This document shows, one piece after another, positions 57,587-64,000 of a DNA stretch of 64,000 bases. Made by a program: the position numbers and the translations under genes. Position 1 is the stretch's first letter, and each line of letters starts with the position of its first letter. Source of the DNA: Anaeromyxobacter sp. (lineage in GTDB: Bacteria; Myxococcota; Myxococcia; Myxococcales; Anaeromyxobacteraceae); NCBI GenBank assembly GCA_049840735.1, contig JASGJN010000023.1, positions 145,472-209,471 of the forward strand. The letters are read 5' to 3'. The notes beneath the pieces were generated by a model that searched no databases, had not been told where the DNA came from, and worked only from the letters and a program-made list of their open reading frames with translations.

Positions 57587-58186
57587 ATGGTCACGCCCGC
57601 CGATCCCCTGCCCATCGTCCTCATGCTGCCCGGCCTGGGCGGCTCCGGTCCCGCCCACTGGCAGTCGCGCTGGGAGGCGCGCCAGCCCGGCCGCGTCCGC
57701 GTGGAGCAGGCCGACTGGGACGCACCGGCGCTGGAGGACTGGGCGCGCGCCCTCGAGGCCGCCGTCCGCGCGCACCTGCGGGTGGTGCTGGTCGCCCACA
57801 GCCTGGCCTGCCAGCTGGTGGCCCACTGGGCCCGGAGCGGCGCGGTGGAGCGCGTCGCGGCGGCGCTGCTGGTCTCGCCGCCAGACGTGGAGCGGGCCGA
57901 TCTGCCGGCGGCGGTCCGGCCCTTCGCGCCCATCCCGCGCGAGCGGCTCCCCTTCCGCAGCTGGGTGGTGGCGAGCAGCGACGACCCCTACTCCAGCCCC
58001 GAGCGCACGCGCGCCATGGCGGAGGGCTGGGGCGCCCGCCTCATCGAGGCTGGGCCGCTGGGCCACATCAACACCGACTCCGGCCACGGCGACTGGCGGG
58101 ACGGCGAGGCGCTGCTCGACGCCATCGTGGCGTGCGCGGGGCGCCGGTCCGCTCCGGAGCCGTCCGGGTTGCCCCGGGCCGGCTGA
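57587..58186 (+). CDS. RBBP9/YdeN-family alpha/beta hydrolase, copy 1
   Basis: [37 protein letters not shown]. Confidence 0.88.
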   Translation: MVTPADPLPIVLMLPGLGGSGPAHWQSRWEARQPGRVRVEQADWDAPALEDWARALEAAVRAHLRVVLVAHSLACQLVAHWARSGAVERVAAALLVSPPDVERADLPAAVRPFAPIPRERLPFRSWVVASSDDPYSSPERTRAMAEGWGARLIEAGPLGHINTDSGHGDWRDGEALLDAIVACAGRRSAPEPSGLPRAG

Positions 58187-58231
58187 GCGCGCTCCGGGCA
58201 TGCGGGAGAGGTGGATTGCGGGCCGGCGGCG

Positions 58232-58249
58232 CATCCGTTATGACGGATG
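58232..58249. promoter_or_regulatory. Palindromic operator
   Basis: CATCCGTTATGACGGATG; core is exact reverse complement of site at 58924-58939. Confidence 0.7.
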
Positions 58250-58250
58250 A

Positions 58251-58901
58251 ATGGAAAACGCCACGGATGGCGAGGCGGGCGACCTCCAGCGGCACGATCA
58301 GGGCCCGCGGCCCCCGCCCACGGTGCTCATCCTCCCCGGGCTGGGCGGCTCCGGCCCGCAGCACTGGCAATCCCGCTGGCAGGCCCGGCACCCGGAGTTC
58401 GTCCGGGTGGAGCAGGCCAGCTGGGCCGAGCCGCGGCTGGAGGAGTGGGCCCAGGCGCTGGAGCGCGAGGTGCGCCGGCACCAGCGGGTGGTCCTGGTGG
58501 CGCACAGCCTGGCGTGCCAGCTGGTCGCGCACTGGGCGCGGGCCGGCTCGGTCGGGCGCGTGGCCTCGGCGCTGCTGGTGGCGCCGGCGGACGTCGAGCG
58601 CCCCGGGGCTTCTGCCGAGGTCCGCTCGTTCGCGCCCCTGGCGCGCGAGCGGCTGCCGTTCCGGACGTGGATCGTGGCGAGCAGCGACGACCCGCACGCG
58701 ACGGTGGCGCGCTCGCTCGTCATGGCGGAGGCCTGGGGCGCCCGGCTCATCGAGGCGGGGCCGCTCGGCCACATCAACACCGCCTCCGGCCACGGCGAGT
58801 GGCCCGACGGCGAAGCGTTCCTGGCCGCCATCCTGCGCTGCGGCGCGGGGGCGCGGGCGCGGAGCGAGGCGGACCCCGGGGCGCTGGCCCATCCGCTTTG
58901 A
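58251..58901 (+). CDS. RBBP9/YdeN-family alpha/beta hydrolase, copy 2
   Basis: [38 protein letters not shown]. Confidence 0.88.
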   Translation: MENATDGEAGDLQRHDQGPRPPPTVLILPGLGGSGPQHWQSRWQARHPEFVRVEQASWAEPRLEEWAQALEREVRRHQRVVLVAHSLACQLVAHWARAGSVGRVASALLVAPADVERPGASAEVRSFAPLARERLPFRTWIVASSDDPHATVARSLVMAEAWGARLIEAGPLGHINTASGHGEWPDGEAFLAAILRCGAGARARSEADPGALAHPL

Positions 58902-58913
58902 CGGACAAGTCGG

Positions 58914-58942
58914 TTGACATGACGTCCGTCATAACGGACACT
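58914..58942 (+). promoter_or_regulatory. sigma70-type promoter with palindromic operator in spacer
   Basis: TTGACA-N17-GACACT enclosing GTCCGTCATAACGGAC (58924-58939). Confidence 0.7.
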
Positions 58943-59028
58943 CCCTCGTGCCGTCTGGAGACGCCCATGTCCCATCCGCTGGTCCGTCTGGCCCCCTTCC
59001 TCGTCCTCCCCACCGCCGGGAGCCGGCC

Positions 59029-59676
59029 GTGAGCCGCCGCCGCGCCACCGTCGCCCGGGCCCAGCCCGCGCCCGGCCCGGCCGTCCAGCCGGCTCCAGCC
59101 GCCCCGCCGGCCCCGGATCTCACCCCGGTGCTGGGCCAGAACCTGCGCCGCCTGCGCACCCGGCGCGGCCTCTCGCTGGAGCGGCTGGCGGAGCGGTCGG
59201 GCGTGTCCCGGGCCATGCTCTCGCAGATCGAGCTGGGGCACTCCACGCCCACCATCAACGTGCTCTGGAAGATCTCCACCGCGCTGGAGGTGCCCTTCGC
59301 CGCGCTCATCTCGCAGGGCAAGCAGGAGGCGGTGGCGGTGCTGCCGGCCAGCCGGTCGAAGCTGCTGACCAGCCACGACGGCGGGTTCTCCTCGCGCGCC
59401 CTCTTCCCGTTCGAGGGGCCGCGCCGGGTGGAGTTCTACGAGCTACGGCTGCAGCCGGGGGCGCGGGAGGACGCGGAGGCGCACGCGCCGGGCACGGTCG
59501 AGAACCTGGTGGTGGGGGCGGGCGCGGTCGAGATCACCGTCGAGGCCGGGTCGGCCCGGCTCGAGCGCGGCGACGCCATCCTGTTCCACGCGGACGTTCC
59601 GCACGCCTACCGCAACCCGGGCGCTGCCCCGGCCGTCATGTACCTGGTGATGACGTACGCGGAGGCGGTGGGGTAG
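59029..59676 (+). CDS. XRE-family HTH regulator with cupin domain (SutR/PuuR-like)
   Basis: LGQNLRRLR..RGLSLE.LA..SGVSRAMLSQIE, HAPGTVE, F.ADVPHAYRN. Confidence 0.9.
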   Translation: MSRRRATVARAQPAPGPAVQPAPAAPPAPDLTPVLGQNLRRLRTRRGLSLERLAERSGVSRAMLSQIELGHSTPTINVLWKISTALEVPFAALISQGKQEAVAVLPASRSKLLTSHDGGFSSRALFPFEGPRRVEFYELRLQPGAREDAEAHAPGTVENLVVGAGAVEITVEAGSARLERGDAILFHADVPHAYRNPGAAPAVMYLVMTYAEAVG

Positions 59677-59713
59677 CCCGGCCGCCGGCGGGCCCTGCCG
59701 GCGCACGAGTCCC

Positions 59714-60853
59714 TCAGCGCGTCAGCGCCTCGTGCGCCTTCTCCAGCAGCTCGGGGATGGCCAGCTCCTGCGGGCACATGGTCTCGCAGTGGCCGCACTG
59801 GTTGCACTGGTCGGCGCCGTGGCCGCTGCCGAGCTGGAAGGTGCGGTAGGCCCAGGCTGCGCCCTTCGCGTCCTCGAACATGGCGGCCGAGTTCCAGTGG
59901 GCGAAGATGTCCGGCACGGCCACGCCGCTGGGGCAGGGCTGGCAGTAGCCGCAGGTGGTGCAGTCCACCGCCATCCGCGCGCGGTAGAAGGCGGTGGCGG
60001 CCTCGACGGCCGCGAGCTCGGCGGCGGTGAGCGGCGCGGCCTCGGCGGCGCTGGCCACGTTCTCGCGCAGCTCCTCCAGCTGGCCCATGCCGGACAGGAC
60101 CGTCACCACGCCCGGCTGGCTCCAGACCCAGCGCAGCGCCCAGCTGGCGGGGGACCAGGGGCGGCCGGCCTGCGCCAGCCGCTGCACCACCTCCGGCGGC
60201 GCCTTGGCCAGCGCGCCGCCGCGGAGCGGCTCCATCACCACCACGCCGACGCGGCGCTGGGCGGCGTAGGCCAGCCCGGCCAGTCCGGCCTGGTAGTCGG
60301 TGTCGAGGTAGTTGAGCTGGATCTGGGTGAAGGCCCAGTCGTAGGCGTCGATGATCTCCTTGAAGTCGCGGTAGGCGCCGTGGAAGGAGAAGCCCAGGTG
60401 GCGGATGCGCCCGTCCTTCCGGGCGCGCTCCAGCGCCGGGATGGCCTTCTTGCGGACCGCCTTCCAGCGCGCGCCGTCGAGCGCGTGGAGCAGGTAGAAG
60501 TCCACGTGGTCGGTCTCGAGCCGCCGCAGCTGCTCCTCCAGGATCCGCTCGGCGTCGGCGGCGGACTGCACCTCCCACACCGGGCACTTGGTGGCCAGCT
60601 GCACCTTCTCGCGCCAGCCGCCGCGCAGCGCCCGCCCCAGGAACGGCTCGGACTGGCCGCCGTGGTAGACCCAGGCCGTGTCGAGGTAGTTCACGCCGGC
60701 CTCGATGGCGGCGTGCACAAGCCCCGCGGCCCTGGCCTCGTCGATGGCGGCCGGCTTGCCCGGCTCGCCGGGCAGGGTGGGCAGGCGCATGGCGCCGAGT
60801 CCGAGCGTCGAGAGCTGCAGGGAGGGGATCTTCGGGAAGGAGCGGCGCTGCAT
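59714..60853 (-). CDS. Aldo/keto reductase with C-terminal 4Fe-4S domain
   Basis: LGLGAMRLP, DTAWVY, LATK, YLLH, GFSFH, MEPLRGG, CTTCGYCQPCP and CNQCGHCETMCP. Confidence 0.92.
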   Translation of the reverse strand: MQRRSFPKIPSLQLSTLGLGAMRLPTLPGEPGKPAAIDEARAAGLVHAAIEAGVNYLDTAWVYHGGQSEPFLGRALRGGWREKVQLATKCPVWEVQSAADAERILEEQLRRLETDHVDFYLLHALDGARWKAVRKKAIPALERARKDGRIRHLGFSFHGAYRDFKEIIDAYDWAFTQIQLNYLDTDYQAGLAGLAYAAQRRVGVVVMEPLRGGALAKAPPEVVQRLAQAGRPWSPASWALRWVWSQPGVVTVLSGMGQLEELRENVASAAEAAPLTAAELAAVEAATAFYRARMAVDCTTCGYCQPCPSGVAVPDIFAHWNSAAMFEDAKGAAWAYRTFQLGSGHGADQCNQCGHCETMCPQELAIPELLEKAHEALTR

Positions 60854-60929
60854 CGCCCGCGCAGCCTACCCGATCACTGCCCCCCGGCGCACGTCCGCCT
60901 GGTGGGCGGGCATGCGCCGGGGCAAACGT

Positions 60930-63897
60930 TCACTTCTTGCCGTTCACGGTGACCACGCCCACCGGCTCCAGGTCGCGCGGGCTGTCCAGGCGCAGCGTCA
61001 GCACCTGGCGCTTCTCGTCCGGCCGGCCCCAGTTCGTGTAGACCGTGGCCACCAGCGTGGCCGGGCCCACCAGCGTCTGGGCGCGCGAGCCGTAGTAGTG
61101 GACCTTGACCGCGTAGTCGCCCGGCACGGCCTGCCGGACCAGGTACTCCTCCGGCCCGTAGCCCTGGGTGACGTCGTGGGAGACCAGCCCGCCCATCCGC
61201 GTCTCGCGGTGGCCGTAGTAGGCGTGCTCGCCGGTGGGCTCCTCCAGGTGCAGGTCCACGTCGGTCTGATCCACGTCCCAGGAGAGCGAGACGCGCAGGT
61301 CGAGCGTGAGCAGCCTGCGCAGGCGCGGGTCCACCGGCGCGGCGGACGCCACCTGCTTCCAGCCGCGGCGCTCGGCGCGGGCCAGGATCCGGTTCAGCTC
61401 CATGAGCGAGACCAGCTCCAGGTCCGGCGCCCGTTCCCAGCTGCGCCGCCCCACCTCCCACAGCAGCGCCACCGCGCGCGCGGCGTCGGCCGGCTGGCTC
61501 GCGGCCTCGGCCCGGTCGGCCAGCACCAGCGCCAGGTCGCGGCGCGACTGCGGCTCCTCCGGGCGCAGCCGCTGGACCTTCTCCAGCGTCCGCGCCGCCA
61601 GCTCCAGCTCCCCGGCCTCGGCCAGCCGCCAGGCCATGACGCGCAGGAGCGCGGCGTCGTCCAGCCGGAGCTCGGCCAGGTTGGAGAGGACGCGGATGCC
61701 CAGCGCGCGCTGGCCGCTGCGCAGGAACCAGCCGGCGCAGTCCAGGTAGAAGCCGGGGCCGGCGTGCCTCGCCCGCTCCGCCAGGTAGGCGGCGTAGGCC
61801 TGCCCCGGCGCGGCGCCCTTGAGCGCGGCCAGGTACGGCACCTGGGGGTCCCAGGGCTGGATGGCGATGCTGGCGTCGGCGCCGGGCTCCTCGGCCTTGG
61901 CCTTCTGCATGGGCGCGGCGGCAGCAGGCGCGGGCGGGGGCGGGGAGCGCCGGAGCACGCCGCCCACCTGGCCTTCGCCGCTGGCGTAGTCCATCTCCTC
62001 GCGGGCCTCGGCCGGCGCCGCCAGCCGCGCGCGCTTCCGCTCCTCGTCCTGCCAGCGCCAGCCGGGCGGCACGACGTGGGGCTGCTCCCACCAGGCCACC
62101 CGCGCCTTCCAGGCGCTCACGACGGCCTCGAGCTGCGCCTTCTCGTCGGCGCGGCGGCGGACATCGCGCTCCGAGATCGCGGCCAGGTAGGCCTGGCGGA
62201 GCGCCGGGCGCGAGGCGGCCGGCTCCACGCCGTGCTCGAGGTGCTGCTGCAGGTCCTCCAGCACCAGGATGGAGGTGCCGGCGGTCACCAGCCCGAAGCG
62301 CCGCCCCAGCGCCAGCAGCGCGTCGGCGTTCCGGTCCGCGAAGAGCCCCAACGCCTCGGCCTGGCCCTGGGCCCAGGCCACCGCGACGGGGCCGGGGCGG
62401 CCCTCCGGCGGCCGGGCGGCGTCGGCGGCGCGCACCCTCACCACCCGGCGCTCCACCTCCGCGCCACCCACCGTGAACACCAGCGTCAGCTGCGCCTCGG
62501 GCGCGAGCAGCCGGCCGGTGACGTTCACCCAGCGCGGAATCCGGCCCGGGGCGCAGCTGCAGGTCGGCGGCGGCCCCGGCCGGCTCGGCCAGGACCTGGG
62601 CCAGGCGCGCCGTGGCGGCGGGGCGGGTCAGCGTCGCGGCGGCGGCCGCGGGCGGCGTGGCCAGCAGGTCCAGGGGGGCGCCGCCCGAGGAGGCGGAGAG
62701 GTGGCGAAGCAGGGCGCGATCGGCCTCGGTGGCGCCGGTGGCGGTCACCACCGGCACGTCGCCGGCGGCGGGCAGCGCCTCGCCCAGCGTAGAGAGGCCG
62801 TCGCTCACCACGATCCAGAGCGCGTCGTCCGGGTGGGGCAGCGCAGCGCGGCGCAGGTCGAGCGTGGCCAGGGCGGTGCCGCCGTCGGCCGGCGTGGCGC
62901 GGAGCGCGGCCAGGAGCCCGGCCCGGTCCCCGGCGGCGAAGGACCGCGCCGGCTCGGGCCGGTCGCGGAAGACCACCAGGTCCACCGCGGCGCGGGGCCA
63001 GGCGGTGAGCAGCGCGTCGAGGAAAGCCAGCTCGCGCGCGGTGGCGGCGGCGTCCCGGCTGCCGGAGGCGTCCCAGGCCAGCGCCAGGCGCTTCGGGGCG
63101 GCCGCGACGGCGGCCTGCGGCGCCTGCGGGGCGCGCTCCGACAGCGAGAGGAAGGTCCCCTGGCCGCCCTGCTCCAGCGCCAGCCAGCGGGGCGGCAGCC
63201 GCGGCAGGTTCACCAGCAGGTCGCGCGCGGCCGGGGCCTCCTCCAGCCGCTGCTCCGCCACCCAGCGATCGCCGGCCTGGGCCAGCGCCAGGTTGCCGAA
63301 CCCGCCCACCGCCACCGGCGCGACCGGCGCGCGGATCACCTCGACCCGCAGCGCCACCTCGGGCAGCGGCTGGCGGTAGGGGAGGGGCAGGTGGTAGGCG
63401 GCCTCGTCACCCTGGGTGACGAGCGGGGAGATCCAGCGCAGCCGGACGGTGCGCGTGCCGCGGGCGGGGATGGGGTAGACGCGGGCGCGGTAGACGTTGC
63501 CCCGCACCTGCTCCACCAGCCCGGGGTCGACGCCCTTGCGGATCTCGGCCTCCAAAACGACCCGCGCCTTCTCGCGGGACACCACCGCCCCGTCCACCAG
63601 CTGGCCGTCCACGTCGAGCGCGAAGCCGGACACGGCGGCGCCGTCCGGCAGCGGGAACTCCAGCTCGCCCTCCAGCACCCGCGGGTTGGGGTTCGCGAAG
63701 GTGAGGGTCTGGGTGGTCTCGGCGGTGAAGCCCTCGATGACCACCCGCACGTCCAGCGCCCGCAGCGCCACCGGCTGCTCGGCGGCGCGGACGGCCAGGC
63801 GCGGCGGGGCCAGCACCTGGGCGGTCGCGGCGCAGGGCAGGGCGAGGAGGACGGGCAGCAGCAGGGTGAGGCGGGCCAGCTGGGCGAGGCGGGTCAT
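60930..63897 (-). CDS. Exported VIT-domain / vWA-like / TPR / DUF2135-like protein (frameshift at about 62538)
   Basis: FANPNPRVLEGELEFPLPDGA VIT; WDASGS and SDG vWA-like; DLRVSLSWD...DVDLHL.EP, GYGPEEY C-terminus; GATTC to GATC joins ORFs 60874..63966 and 60930..62528. Confidence 0.82.
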
Positions 63898-64000
63898 CGG
63901 GTCCCTCGGGGCGCGGTGGTCATGCGGGGTGGAACGCACGGCCGGGGAAGAGGATCTCACAGGCAAGGGTCTCGGGCCTCGGGCTTCAGGCCCCAGGAAA

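Noticed and set aside
56042..58186. Apparent GlpK-YdeN hydrolase fusion (714 aa)
   Set aside because: Created by the GAATC indel at 57415; the corrected frame gives a normal GlpK C-terminus and stop at 57521

Overview
Very GC-rich bacterial chromosomal DNA. Gene content (many sigma54 activators, multiheme cytochromes, Cys-rich lipoprotein, PilZ/coiled-coil giant) suggests an Anaeromyxobacter-like Myxococcota genome (inference). In order: a sigma54-controlled GABA catabolic locus (gabT, activator, gabD); alkaline phosphatase; a 1500-aa PilZ/coiled-coil protein; a nonaheme cytochrome lipoprotein; and a sigma54-activated sulfur-oxyanion module (octaheme Otr-family cytochrome, heptaheme/cytochrome b protein, two YeeE/YedE proteins, the second fused to a rhodanese-like domain ending in a SoxY-like GGCG tail). 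Then come housekeeping genes (UGPase, crcB, mobA, fabI, A-type Fe-S carrier, PduO-type adenosyltransferase), signalling genes, a MazEF-type TA pair, a cobalamin-riboswitch btuB-lipoprotein-btuFCD operon, comEA, glpK, tandem YdeN hydrolases with an XRE-cupin regulator, an aldo/keto reductase and a VIT/DUF2135-like protein. Many genes carry single-base frameshifts, and most fall exactly on GATC. They look like systematic sequencing errors at a methylated motif rather than pseudogenes, so the reconstructed CDS coordinates span them. No rRNA, tRNA, CRISPR array or transposase was recognised. Best candidate for an undescribed system: the Otr/cytochrome b/YeeE-rhodanese-GGCG operon at 15001-22127.
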